Source: Monocercomonoides exilis PA203 | Taxonomy: Eukaryota > Protista > Preaxostyla | Direction of reading: 5' to 3' | Length of the DNA: 64,000 nt | Assembly: GCA_001643675.2 (NCBI GenBank) | Contig: LSRY02000011.1 | Coordinates: forward strand, 372,001 to 436,000 | In this document: piece by piece, positions 48,401 through 59,300 of the stretch | Position numbering within the stretch: position 1 is the first letter of the stretch | How the letters are laid out: every line of letters begins with the position of its first letter | The notes under the pieces: generated by a model | The model's database searches: none | The model's input: only the letters and a program-made list of their open reading frames with translations | Told to the model about the DNA's origin: nothing | Made by a program: the position numbers and the translations under genes

Positions 48401-50328
48401 TCGCAATTTTCCAAGTTTATTATTCCATTTTCATTGATTGAAAGAAAACACGCACTTGAGGATTTCGTGGAGTCATGTATCAGCAAGAATGCAGAAATGA
48501 ATAGATTTCCGTTTTCCACAGTTATCAACGATGCTCCAGCATCATCGTTGCAAGATCTGATTACTGAATTGTCAAGGCGATGACCAACAAACTCTATTTC
48601 AAACGAAATCACAAGAGATCCTGTCATTTCATAACTCCCATCGAATACTGTTATTTTCTGTGTTGATCGCTGGATCAATGCATATTCGATGGTTTTGAAC
48701 GGTCTCGATCTGTATCCACAGCCAGATTCATCTTCTCCTCTTCTTTGTTCAACGAATAATTCTTGAAGATTATCAGTTGTCTGAAGTGGATCTGGAACCC
48801 AGTTATCCTTAATCAATGAACCATCCAACGCCCGAGGTTTGTCACTTGTTGAATAGCATTCATTAACATCAGAGTCTGCTAACTTCCCTACCCATGCGTG
48901 ATTAAGCGTAATATCATTTCCATTGTTATTTGGATTTTTATTGTCGACAAAATAGCAGTATTTGATATATCCTCCATGATTTTCTCCCAAATTCATATTG
49001 AACAACATGCTGCCAAATGAGCTTGAAACACATTTCTTAAAACAGCAATCAGTAACAAATCCTTTTCCATTTGCAGCCCAGAAGCACAGACCTGCATTAT
49101 ATGTTGCAGTGCATTCGAATACAACCGAAGAATCAACAATTGATCCATTTGTGTATTCAATTAAAATTGCTGAATAATGAACAGAATGACATTTGGAAAA
49201 ATAACAGTTTTTAATCAAGCAGAATGAATCATTAAACGAAGTGACTCCACCGCAACAATATGATGCATTTGAATTTGTGAAATTAGAATTAAGCACTTCA
49301 AGACAAATGCTTGAATACGAATGAATTGAGCCTCCATTAACATCCACATCAGTCGATCCGCAAGAACATTCATGAAAATGGCAGCGCAACACAAGAGAGC
49401 TCGCATTTATTTCTTCAAACGACAAAGCTCCTCCTTGTTCATTTGGCGAAGTGCATTTGAAGAAGCAGTCAACAAATGAAATATTACCGCTTTTGAAAAT
49501 TTGCCTTTCTGTGAATGAATCATTTGAAAATGATGAACTGCTTTGACACGAAGAAAAGGAACAGTTTGTGACTGTAAATGACAAACTTGAAGCAGAAACT
49601 ATCGTTCCGTAGTATGGTTGAAAACAGCTTTCAAAGAAAGAAGAAGATATTTCAAGCCATTTGGATGAGCTTCTGGAACAATGGAAACTCTGAGAATGCC
49701 TTGTGCGTGAAATGTTGAAAAACATGCAATTATCAATTTCTATTTTGGATGCTTCCCCAGAATAGAGTGCTGTTCCATCAGACGTTGATATTTCCAAACT
49801 TTTCAGTGATGCGTTCTTCAACGAAACATATCCGCATTCGTACACATGAATGAGAGGCTGATTCCTCGTTTTTCTTGCACAGAATCGCAAATCGATGGTC
49901 ACACTTGTCAGCAGAACAATTCCCGAAGATTCAATAAATGGCTGGACTGACAAAGAAGTTATTGATAATTGACAACCAGAAATATTTACCATAGACGAAG
50001 AATCACAATATAATGTGCATTTCTCAATGTTTTCTAACAGTGCAATTTCATGTAACTCAACAGACGAGTTGTGAAGATTTAACAATGAATTAACATTTGA
50101 AGAAAATATGCATTTTGCTTTTTCATTTCTTTGGCAATTGGAAAAATCAAATTGTGTTAAAAGATGGATATCCTTACAAATGTTCTTTTGTTTTGTGGCA
50201 TCTGAGTTTGCAAGGTTCAAGTTGAGAGGCGTATTCAAAGACAAAAAGTGATAATTTAGTGTGCTTTCTTTTTTCGATATAGAATTTTGGCAGTCAAGAA
50301 ATGTTAAAAGAAAAAGGAAAATTGTCAT
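42481..50328 (-). CDS. Receptor-like type I membrane protein, 2615 aa: signal peptide, repeated beta-helix (pectin-lyase/PMP-like) modules, TM helix, degenerate TK/TKL-like kinase C-lobe
   Basis: N-terminus MTIFLFLLTFL; four G-x-D-x3-CG-x4-P[CF]-x-[TS] modules; many GG[AGS][ILV] and FxxN/FxxC repeats; TM WPIIVIVIFAVLFLIVLVVAIAFII followed by RWKK (~43830-43745); tail with LRWKAPELL, VAFSIGMMLWE, PFGE and CLSVDRKERPTL (kinase subdomains VIII-XI) but no GxGxxG, VAIK, HRD or DFG. Confidence 0.8.
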   Translation of the reverse strand: MTIFLFLLTFLDCQNSISKKESTLNYHFLSLNTPLNLNLANSDATKQKNICKDIHLLTQFDFSNCQRNEKAKCIFSSNVNSLLNLHNSSVELHEIALLENIEKCTLYCDSSSMVNISGCQLSITSLSVQPFIESSGIVLLTSVTIDLRFCARKTRNQPLIHVYECGYVSLKNASLKSLEISTSDGTALYSGEASKIEIDNCMFFNISRTRHSQSFHCSRSSSKWLEISSSFFESCFQPYYGTIVSASSLSFTVTNCSFSSCQSSSSFSNDSFTERQIFKSGNISFVDCFFKCTSPNEQGGALSFEEINASSLVLRCHFHECSCGSTDVDVNGGSIHSYSSICLEVLNSNFTNSNASYCCGGVTSFNDSFCLIKNCYFSKCHSVHYSAILIEYTNGSIVDSSVVFECTATYNAGLCFWAANGKGFVTDCCFKKCVSSSFGSMLFNMNLGENHGGYIKYCYFVDNKNPNNNGNDITLNHAWVGKLADSDVNECYSTSDKPRALDGSLIKDNWVPDPLQTTDNLQELFVEQRRGEDESGCGYRSRPFKTIEYALIQRSTQKITVFDGSYEMTGSLVISFEIEFVGHRLDNSVIRSCNDDAGASLITVENGNLFISAFLLIHDSTKSSSACFLSINENGIINLENCEMRCEENEQTQQFTQSVIDLHGGMMNVVGCLFTHLSMEGKPIVSIISTKCTNFTQSSLTGIERRFGNGSLIEAVLGAGEKLSFTECNFSHCTCQDGNGGALMVKMNDGSELEICQDLVNGIETTFQQCCAGKGLSERGVGGGVMIDCTGGGKMFHFSQTTFSGNQAEYGKSVFVVGSDFAELCVKTKFAIQTNDSVLDELMGFDENEIGAAIPLVLLWKPFPPVVSVSGSTGTDHIMCGFAVSPCSTLQYAISTHFDSSTRKICIVPPFQFEEAAVLEGFDFEFSASTRGTTIKIVGDSSSPVNGYLETRINTTFTNITFSLPSSLPLCKPLLCCTENMLTILMCGAVPSSSDDALSYCFCCALGGMLNISQFEIVGVSFGENAFISVSGDGVQGLLGFLNMSQISSGSNEGLISVTKKGSLTIKNGNFSSFEDNDCSVVFCKNGKSINMIDSNFSSVTRTTNCGTCLCISRENGAIITVAVNNCSFNECKVESEPNGGGGGVYGKIGNDCNLKLTGCSFALCSAPWSQHGEAKNGKGGGIFLDVEGNDSAFTIKDPSFRDNKAEFGGNVFLTCQDLNSTVTNKSFAFEYEQMASDGSLFVGDDQTFLHTDLFRFLVKYESTKIFVSNNGHDVMRCGSMDDPCKTFWKGLEQISSKTSEPKIGIVASCTVTDVCFFSDILVESCSAEDDEPAKSVMTFENDVPTKNIMLEVKNDVSFNFIRFSTTDNFSCLNQALITCSDGFLAITSCSLDSLAPHTSPLRAMFVNILQGCLLIRDFDVNSINIGRSMIEVSNKVDVSINNTRLQSINVTDGSLINMIPSVAEWGNENDKQICINNSVFYSVNGRSDGGRTLSCIDSTGTEVDLIKCTFSGCQAMENRKGGCVFFELCEDGLFNLKECIVQMCGCSTINGRGGGIYLRTELQTKLQILIEPLKFESNAASVGRDMFIECNNLNTQVNETMFKMNFDSSVFVHLNAIYGIDKAEHSSTPMDLLEIILIYQADTILVSSQPENGGRDTQQCGTLLLPCQSIGYSLIHLTHKIESRLIVDKQSVIDCEITLSEMEMLSRNKNNSAIHISPSISKNKSCIIECSGTVAFKKLSFCFPSTMVTDHSIFLLSDHGILSVESCCFTANDGSSIAHISFILLELEHSEIDMQNLLIEHISSSCAWLVKIHSSGGDVFLEKLRVCSVQTDMGIINVEGMSNGESSSSNSSLTLLHMQIENVTIPPEESTLLNIENCRCSVYCANDSFSHKGTSQKKGSAIVISSCNDVSVNSAVIEGSENDISFNEAIDEGKEICRWNGSMIELKNSSSTMRDMLIANCSNGAMSMCGGEVMIEMGMFSDNNPQNIKFPSARRNIICSDGASLEIASLKGGDGWRDNSSLWILDDGCEMAGIADMRPSTLFIPSLRNVKSFEKDTLITLAFEGSLLLPCNLSFVVSSRVGDEEMLEIHIFEESKFESENMAFGVISADLIRNARDDMEVSVKIQYGKMDAPKSTQSFILKNRSEIQPKGDEKLVEGGNKEKSFWPIIVIVIFAVLFLIVLVVAIAFIIRWKKAKNENKDLREIVNDNIRKDPKAFEMVTMEMSPEEQWRRAEREAEKKNEERIKKRMNGKEMQHSESEEYLLSENGSTEYILGRDSDKIPQWVLEKIDEKEIEYEMRKRTPSPSISSTSTTDTSDSDSTFVRGEDLCPTTSSMSNLVDAMACSSPHEKLIVDLRDSLFMLLHGRNEKKEMAIGTLQEREMTAAQIMFWVANLALHSFDEMENPLQSLANLSPHIVLFSEHMVICIVMHSDLSSDDSDSSSISSSTIITSSSDDSTINKNGRGSPPPSSAFEEEDDFKKECLRWKAPELLNGAKTHATKKTVAFSIGMMLWECLTLQIPFGEYEAVVAGDKIVRGERPDTSKTIETSYCEVIKECLSVDRKERPTLVGLKREFIGHFPAGTVMLTVSDAIDYEAVSFVEDQRLSTGQMMSSEQ

Positions 50329-51250
50329 TTGTTGAAAATGAAATGATTGAAAGCTTCCTAGAAGAAGAAAGAGAAAGAAAAGATTAGAAATTTTGTTTTT
50401 TAAACTATAATTATGGGATGGATCAAAATTTGGATTTTTTTGAACCTTTCAAAAAGATTGAATAAAAAAAAAAAATAAATAAATAAATAACAATAAATTT
50501 GTGAGGATAATTTGAGTGACAATCCGTTTATTTGATATCGACTGTTTCGTCACTTATGGAACTGACAAAAATATTCACAAAAGAAAAATTATTTTATAAA
50601 TTTTTATTTCCAATGATTAATCATTATTATTTCATTGCCATTAATTTTTACTATGGAATATAATAATAATAAAATATTAGTTCCACGAAATTTTGACAAC
50701 ATTAATAATTTTTCACTGAAGTGAGATTAATCATCGACTTTTGAACTTTCATGTTACGTGACATTCATCGCTGAAGTTAATTCAAGCCAGTTAAATATTT
50801 TTTTAAAGAAATGAAATAGGTTTTATGAAACAAATGCAAAGTTTATTATTTTTTAAAATATTAGTCATTTAAAAAAATGCTATTCATCAAAAAAAAAAAA
50901 AATGAAACATCCAGTTTCAATTTTCATTTGACATTTAAAATTGTTATTTCATATTGTTCGGAATAATTTAATTATTTTGAATTGAAAATACAAATCAAAA
51001 ATCTGGGAAAAAAGGAAAAAACAGAAAATTATTCACTTCAAAATGTTTGCACAATAAATTCTGCATCAACGAAATCAGATGTTTCACAATATATTTATCA
51101 AATAATGAGAAAAGATGAAATTCATAGGATAAATATTGTTAACGAATTTTGAAATATTTGAATTTTTTTCAGAAAAATTCATAATATATCAGATTGTGGG
51201 TTTCTCAGATCATACAATTTGATCGCATCGCAATCTTGTCCCCCTTGGGC

Positions 51251-53323
51251 ATGATTGAGTCTACTTCTAAATCTTCTCGGCGCGGCAAGAAAGAAGGTGG
51301 AAAGAAAGGAAAGGGCGATAGACTCCAACAACCACAGAATATTGGAGGAGGATCAAGCCACCAATTCACTCAATCTTTGGATGCTTCGATTGGAAGCACA
51401 ATCGCTTTTAATTCTTCAAAGGATAAAAAGACTCAAAGAGGCGCATTGGCCTCGCAACAACGCGAACAGACAGATAAAAATCGAGATAACAAGGATTTAG
51501 ACAAGTCAAAAAGAAAAGAATCAAAAATGACAGATTCATCTGACCAATTATTTAATGAAAATGAAAAGGCAGAAAATCATGGTCCTGACATTATCAGCGA
51601 AGAATCTCGAATGAAGTTTCAGCAAACAAAGGCTAAAGATCGAAAAAAACAGACTTCAACAAAGCATTCCTTTTCAACAACTCCCCCGCTACAGCGGCAG
51701 TTGCAGCGACACGGAGAAGATCGTGAAGAAGACGTACAAGAAGAAAGTTATATTTCAGGAAAAACTGATCCATTAGAGCAGCAGAAAATTTTTGAGTCTA
51801 TTCAATCAGCTGAAGAAAACTCCAAGCTTTTGGAGGAGGAGAAAACGAAAAGGCAAATGCTAGCAAGCGATGCAAGCATATTAACCGAGGAAGTCAAAAG
51901 CGCTCCTATTCAGGATAGTACACTTTATGCTTCGGAAACAAACTCTAAATTGAGTTCCAATTCATCGAGACCTCAAATGAATTACGGTTTGGAACAAAAC
52001 ATAAGTGGTAATGAAACAGAACTAGGTCATTACAAGGAACAAAATACACCAGGAAAAGAGAATGAAGGAACTTATACATCTGCAATTGCACTTTCCACTT
52101 CTCCTTCGAATATTCAATCAACTAACATCACAAATGAAGAATCAAAAATTGCATCAACAAGCAGTTCAACACTAAGCACGGAATTCGCATCTTCTTCTGC
52201 GACTGCATCTGCATCTGAAGACGATTCCGTGAAGCAATCAGCAGATTCTGCTTATTCATCAGATGCACAAAATCTATCCGGATCAGCCTCTGCCAGTTCT
52301 TCGCTAAACACATCGCGCTCATCTTCTTTGCCCAATGCCATCCTCACAACTCCGTCCACACCGACTAAAGCAGCAAATTTTTCTCAGAATTCTGTCTCTT
52401 CTTTGACCCCCTTCCAGGAGCAGCACTCCCACAAAACGAGCCCTGCTTCGTCACTTTCTGCATCATCTTCCACGTTCACCCCTCTCCTTAATCTTTCGCT
52501 GAAACCGACTACTGCCACAACTCCCCCAGAGCAAATAAGCCCCTCACCTTCGTCTTATTCATCTTCTTCTGCAACTTTTCCTCTTTCAAATACAAATACC
52601 TCAATTACAACTACATCCACTTCCACATTAACTCTTCCGAAATCTTCGTTTTCTCCTTCTTCCTCTTCTTCTTCCTCTTCTTCTTCATCATTCACTCCTT
52701 CATTCCCTTTGACTTCTCTTCCTCAGAACATGCTATCAACTACACAGACACCATCACTTTCTCCTTCTTCTTCCCCCTCTTATTCCACCTCCTCTACTTC
52801 ATCATCATCCTCTTCATCTTCGTCAATAAACAAGTTTTATTCTACTCACACTCCAAGCTATGCCTCACCTCATCCTTCCAATGCAGTCACTTCGCAAACA
52901 CCAACAGCTGATGTACTTCAGTCTTCTTCCACTTCAACCATGTCTGCTTCTCCTTCAGACACAACATCCTTATTGTCTACTCCTTCTAAACCTGGTTCTT
53001 CTTCTTCTTCCTCCTCCTCCTCTTCCTCTTCTTCTGGATATAACTTTGATCAACAGCCGTCTCAGTTCACTTCATCCAATCCTCAGTCTCTGCTTTCATC
53101 TACGCCAATATCCCAGCCGTCTTATTCATCTCATCAAAGCATCTCTTCTTCTTCTTCTGCCAATCAATTTCAGCAGCAACAATCTTTCCCTTCCACTTCA
53201 TCTCCAATGCCTCTCGAAGCAAACCAGCCGTCTTTACAGTCATCAACCACCCAGCCCATCCAGAGCTCAATTCTTCCTCTGCCATCACCCACAAATCAGC
53301 AGCAGCAGTTTCAGATGCAGTTA

Positions 53324-53356
<33 letters not shown>

Positions 53357-56300
53357 AATGCAATGACTAATTCAACTGTCACTCACTTCCATGAAATGAC
53401 ACCCCAAAACTACAATACTTCATACACCAACCAATCTGATGGTTCTTCAAGCGCTTCTTCCTCTTCTCCTTCCTCCTCATTGCCTTCTCAACAAAGTGTG
53501 AACGAGCGATTCACAACAACTGCTTCTCAAAGAGCAGCAAACTTAATACAGGCACAGCAGACTCAACAGACACAGCAGATGTTGCTGCAGCAGCTGTCAA
53601 ACCAGCTGGCAACAAAAAACATCACAACATTGCCATCGCTGGCAACAGGAATGGATCTGTACAATCTGCAGCAGCTTCAGCAGCAGCTTCAGACAGGAGC
53701 AGGAGGAATGCAACAGACAAATGCCAATATTAATGCTAACAGTGTAATGGGAGTGAGTGACGGCAGGCAGGCAATGGGTGTTTCTGGGCAATCTGCAATG
53801 AGTCTGAGCGAAGGAGCAGGGTGTGCTTTCACAGCAACCACAGGCAATGGCAGCAGTGTTGGTGGTGGAGAGATGAGAGGAGAGCCAAGCAATTTGACTG
53901 GAGAAGGAATGCCTCGTCAAGAGACAGAGCTATCCAGTTCACAATCAGCGTCTGACCAGCATGTGCAGATGGGATACAACGAACAGAGCATTCCAGCAGA
54001 CAGCCAGCGAGCAGCAATTGAAGCTCTTCAGCTTCAGCAGCAACAGCAACTTCAACAACAGCAACAACAACAGCAGATGCAAATCCAACAACAGCTCCAG
54101 CAGCAATTGCAGGAGCAGCGACGGGCGCTTTTAGATGCGGCTGAGCACGATCTGAAGAGCATTCCTGCTCCTCTTTCTCCGCTCTTTCTGATCAACCGGC
54201 ACTTCTTCATGTACTTCAGCACTCTCCAGGACAAGAGCCAGCAGGCATTCCCACTCCGCTACGTGACAACTGAGCTGCCTGATGCTGAGTATGTAGAGCC
54301 GATGACGATTGTCGACAGTCAGATGGCACAGATCCCATGGATGAAGACACCCAATGGGATTTATGACTACCTCGATCCATACTGCGCTTCTTCCACTCTG
54401 CTGCAGACATTGTCAAAGACATCACTGACAGCATCGTTGGCGAAACTGACACACTCAGACCTGCAGCGGATAAACCAGTTTGCAGCACAGGTGGTGAAGC
54501 CAGAGGCGAACTACTGGCTGGCCGGGAGCAAGTCGGTGAGCTGGCGGCTGAGCAGAGAAGGGCGAAAGAGACAGAAGGAGTTGGCGATCAAGAAGAAGCT
54601 TGCTGCTGAATCTTCTCAGGACACAATGCTGAAGGACCTGCAAGCATCGCCTTCTGCTTCTCCTCCGTTGTCTGACAATCATTCAACTTTTGCTTCTTCC
54701 TCTTCCTCTTCATCATCTTCATTTGGTGCTTCTATTTCTCCTTCTCCTTCTCCCTCAGTCACAGCCACCTCTGTCTCATCCCAGAACCGCAATCGTCTCC
54801 CTGTTCCATTTGCATACAACGACATCCACGCTAACCTGCTGTCGCTGTGTGCCAGCAACCAGCGGGTGAGAGAAGCATTGCTCACACAGGAGATTCTGAA
54901 CTTCCACACATACATGTCATTGACAAAAGCAGACTGTCTTGCTCGCTTCGACCTCATCAACAGTATCCTCTCTTGTGTGCACAAAGTGAATCCATCGCTG
55001 CTGTTGTGTGTGTATGGCTCTTTTTCGTCGTATCTGTCTCTTCCAACATCTGATATTGATCTCGTGATCATCACAGCTGACCAGCACAGGTACATCCAGC
55101 GGTGCCAGAGAATTATGCGCTCACTGTTCCAGTTTTGGCATGGTGACAAGTTCAAGCAAAGAGGAGACGAAGGAGCAGAACGAGAAAGAGAGAGAGAGAA
55201 AGGGAAAGACAGAATTGGAGAAACTGCAAGCAAAGCAGTCAACATCGAGACAGAAACTGGGTTCCACAAGGACGAAGAAGGGATGATGTCGAATCTGATG
55301 GCGCCGACGCAGTCAGCACACGAATGGATGATCAGCCTGCAGCGGAGCATCGGGCAGGGCATCATCTCCTTCCGCAGCCACCACGTGAAGGTGAAGGTGT
55401 GCCACATCTGCGGAAGCGTGCTGTTCCACCGCAAGTGCGACTGCGACCCGCAGATCGCCCTGAAGATCGAAGAGCACGCCAACCCGAACTTCGGCTTCGA
55501 TCCGACTGACCCGTACATCATGCGCTCTTCTGAGGCCAATGCAGCAGCAGCAGACAGCGTGCCCTTCACCACTCCCTCGCAGGTGATCAATCTGAAGGAG
55601 CTGCTGGCGATCCCGCTGACACCAGCCATGCAGCACATTCTCGACTTCTCTGCGCCATTGGTGCTGTGCAACAACTACATTTCTCCACCGTCGAGCTTAG
55701 TTTCTCCGACGGTGCGGGAGTTCTACCGCTTTGCAGACACAAGGAAGGCAGAGAAGCATTACATCAAAGCTATTCGCAATGCATTGACTTCGAGATTTGC
55801 CTCTGCCTCTACTACTACTACTACTACTTCTGCTGCTGCGATTCAAAAGGATGCGAAAGCAAAGGAAGAAGATGCAAAAGAGAAAGAGAAAGAGAAGGAA
55901 GAAGGAAAGAAAGCAGCCGAAGATCTGACACAGTCAGCAAAAGGAGGAGATGACAGCACTAAAAAGGACGGTGCGATAGAAACTCAAAAGGAGAATGAGC
56001 AAAATGCCACTCTTAACAATGAAGGAGACCGAAAAGAAGGAGAAGCAATAGCGACAAAAGGAGAAAATGCAGAAGAAGTGAAGGATACGCAGAACAAAGA
56101 CATGAAAGAGAAGCAAGATGAAGATTCTGTCGTGAAGTCAAATGAAAAGAAAGAGAACAGTGACTCTAAAGATGAAGAGGTTGATAATTCTGAAGAAAAT
56201 GACCATAACAGCCAGGCAAAAAAAGCAGAAGAGGAACAAAAGTCAAATGGAGAGAGTTCTTTGGAGTCTCAAGAGTCGAAGAAAGAACAAGAAGAGCAAG

Positions 56301-59300
56301 CAGAAAAAGCAGAAAAAGAAGAAAAGAGCAAAGAAAAAACAGATGCTGACAAACAAAACGAGAAAGATCTGAATGAACCAAAGCCACTAAACTCAACAAA
56401 TGACAAAGCGAATGCATCAGCCTCATCTTCATCTTCGACCTCAACTTCAGCACAATCAAGCACGTCTCAATCGTCAGAAACAAAGAAAACATCAACTGCA
56501 GAAACAGCAACCGCAGCATCTGCATCTGCAAAGGCATCAACTTCATCTTCTTCCTCTTCTTCTTCCTCTTCATCCATCCGTTTGCCTTCTCCTCAGTTCC
56601 TCTCTCAGCTGAAGCACGTTCACTTCAGCCTCCCACCCGGCCCAACTGTCTCCCACGAAGACATCCACACTTTCCTCTCTCACTTAGAAAAGCTGCTGAA
56701 GGAAGGCCAAGTTGTTAAAAAGCCCAAGTTCATTGCTTCTGCTCGTATTCCCATCATCAAAGTCGATGATGAGCACACAAGTGTCCACTCAGATATCGGC
56801 TATGGACAGCTCACCGGCATCATCAACACAGACTTCCTGCGCTGCATGCTGATTGTGTACCCTCAAGCACGCTACATCATCCTCATTGTGAAGGCGCACT
56901 TAGTCGAGAACAAGCTGAATGAGCCATACACTGGCGGTATCAGTGGCTACCCTCTCTCTTTGCTCGTCCTCTCGCACATCCAGCAGTTCAAGCGCAACTT
57001 CGGCGAAGACCCCAGCAAAGTGAGTCTGGGCAGGCTGCTAATCACATTCTACCAGCTCTACTCAGAGTCTGAAGATCTTCCACTGCCTCCTTCTGGCGAA
57101 CCCCGCTTCTTGTATGCCAGATACGCTATTTCAGTGCGAGGTGACGGTGAGTACATTCCGATGGATGTGATCCGCACGAAGCGTGCGAAGCTGCTGGATG
57201 GGGTGAATCATGGGGACTACCCGCTTGTGGTGGAAGACCCACTCGACCAGTCAAACAACACAGCTCGCTCTGCCTACAACTACTGCCGCATCAAGGAGCT
57301 CTTCGGCAATGCCTACAAGGAGCTATCGAAAGCGCAGGTGGATCCGCTTTCCCCAGCAATGTATTCACAATGCAATGCGCTGCTGAATGCGAGGCTCAGA
57401 GAATCTGCAGATTATCAGTCGCCATCTCCTCCATCTTCTCCTGTGGTGAACCCAACTCCGGCTCCATCTCCTGCTAATGCTTCTGCTAATTCTGGATCTT
57501 CTTCTTCTTCTTCTTCAGAATCTGTTAACAAAGACGGAAAAAGTGAAGGAGAAAAAGAGAAAGACAAAGATGCTCCGAAAGAAGAGAAGAAGCTTGTTCC
57601 CCCTGCACAGCCATTTGTACATCGCTCTCTGATGTCGATGATAACCTCACAGAATGGGATGACAGACAACATGCATATATACGATGAAGCTGATGAGTAC
57701 TATGAAGAAGACATGAATGCCATGGGTGACTTTGCCCTCCCAACTCTTCTGGGGCGCGTCCTCACATCTGATGTGCTGTTTTCCAACTATCGTATCAGAA
57801 TCAACTCGTTCTATGATGATACAAGGTTCTTCACTGCAGCACACAGACTGATTGTCGATGCACGGGCACACAGCGAGGCGATGGAGCTGGCACAGAGAGA
57901 GAATGCACTCAGGGGATATCAGCACAATACACAGTATCCAATGAGCATGAATGATAAAGGTATTATTTTTAGAGAAGGAGGTGGGAAAGGGGATTCTTGT
58001 TCTGTTGGATTTGAGTATATTGTTTCAGAACAAAACAATGATTTGTTCTTTTTTGCTTCTTTATTTATATTCTATGTCATATTTTATTTATTTATTTATT
58101 TATGATTGCACTGAACATTTATTTTTATTCTTGATTCATTTTGATTATTAAACACACAGATAACACACAACTCCTGAGCAGCGGCATTCATCCTTCATCT
58201 CTCCTCAACAGCCACACCATCGGCACATCTGCTGTTCCTGTGGGTGTCAATGTTGGGGTTAATATGGGCAGCACAGGCATGAACGGAATGAACACTATGA
58301 ACACGATGGGCACAATGAATGGGATGAGTGGGATGAACGGGATGAATGGAATGGGAGCAATGAATGGAATGAATGGCATCAATGGAATGAGCAGCATGAG
58401 TGGAATGAATGGGATGAATGGGATGAATGGAATGACAGGGATGTCAGGGATGAGTGGGATGAGCGGGATGAACGGGCTGCTGGGTGCGCCTTTCAGTCTG
58501 CAGCAGTTCCAGCAGATGCAAGAGGCCATGCAAGGGCCATATGACATGAACAGGCACATGATGAATGAAGTGCCTGCCACAAACGAGATGATGATGCCTG
58601 TTTCATTGGCACAACAGGCTGCTTCGTCTGTTGCTGGCTCAACAACCCCGCCTTCTTCTACTGCTGTTGGCCCATCGATCTCCTCTCCCTATGTCACCAA
58701 CGCTGCTGCCAATGCGATCGGAATGAGGATGCCCCCTCTGCCTTCAATGCAGTCAATGTCTTCTATGTCTTCTATGTCTTCTATATCCTCCATGCCTTCT
58801 ATCTCCCCCATGTCTCCTATTCCTTCCATATCTTCCATCCCCTCCATGCAACCTCTTCAGAACTCAATGAACCCATTCTCCATGTCACAGGCCGGCGCTC
58901 TCCGCTTCATGGGCACATCTCCTCCGCCTGGCGCTCTTGGTCCTTCATCAATCGCTGCGTCTGCCCCGCCCATTAACGTCTCTGCATGCAACAGAGGCCT
59001 TTCTCCAACACCTCTGCCAGTTTCTGGACAAATGAATGATCCATCCGCCCCTTTCGGACAGACACACCAAAAGCTGTACAGTTTCCCGCCACGCGCTGCT
59101 TCGTCTGAGTTTCAGTATCAGCAGCAGCAACAACAACAATCACAACCACTTCACAATGCTCAGCTTGGACATTCGCCCTCGCTTGTCAGAACAGAAGGCC
59201 CCTTTGCGTCTCCGATGATGCCTGCTGAGAGTGGGTTTGTGCCATCTCATCACCATCTGTCTCCTCAGCTGAGTGTGGCTAGTCAGCCTGCTCAGAACAA

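Noticed and set aside
52445-52485. PAM2-like SLSASSSTFTP in the Trf4-like N-terminus
   Set aside because: It lacks the key Ala and sits in Ser-rich sequence where such matches arise by chance.
57960-58105. Hydrophobic C-terminus (FFFASLFIFYVIFYLFIYL) as a membrane anchor on the polymerase
   Set aside because: It is read-through into the T-rich intron 57960-58159.
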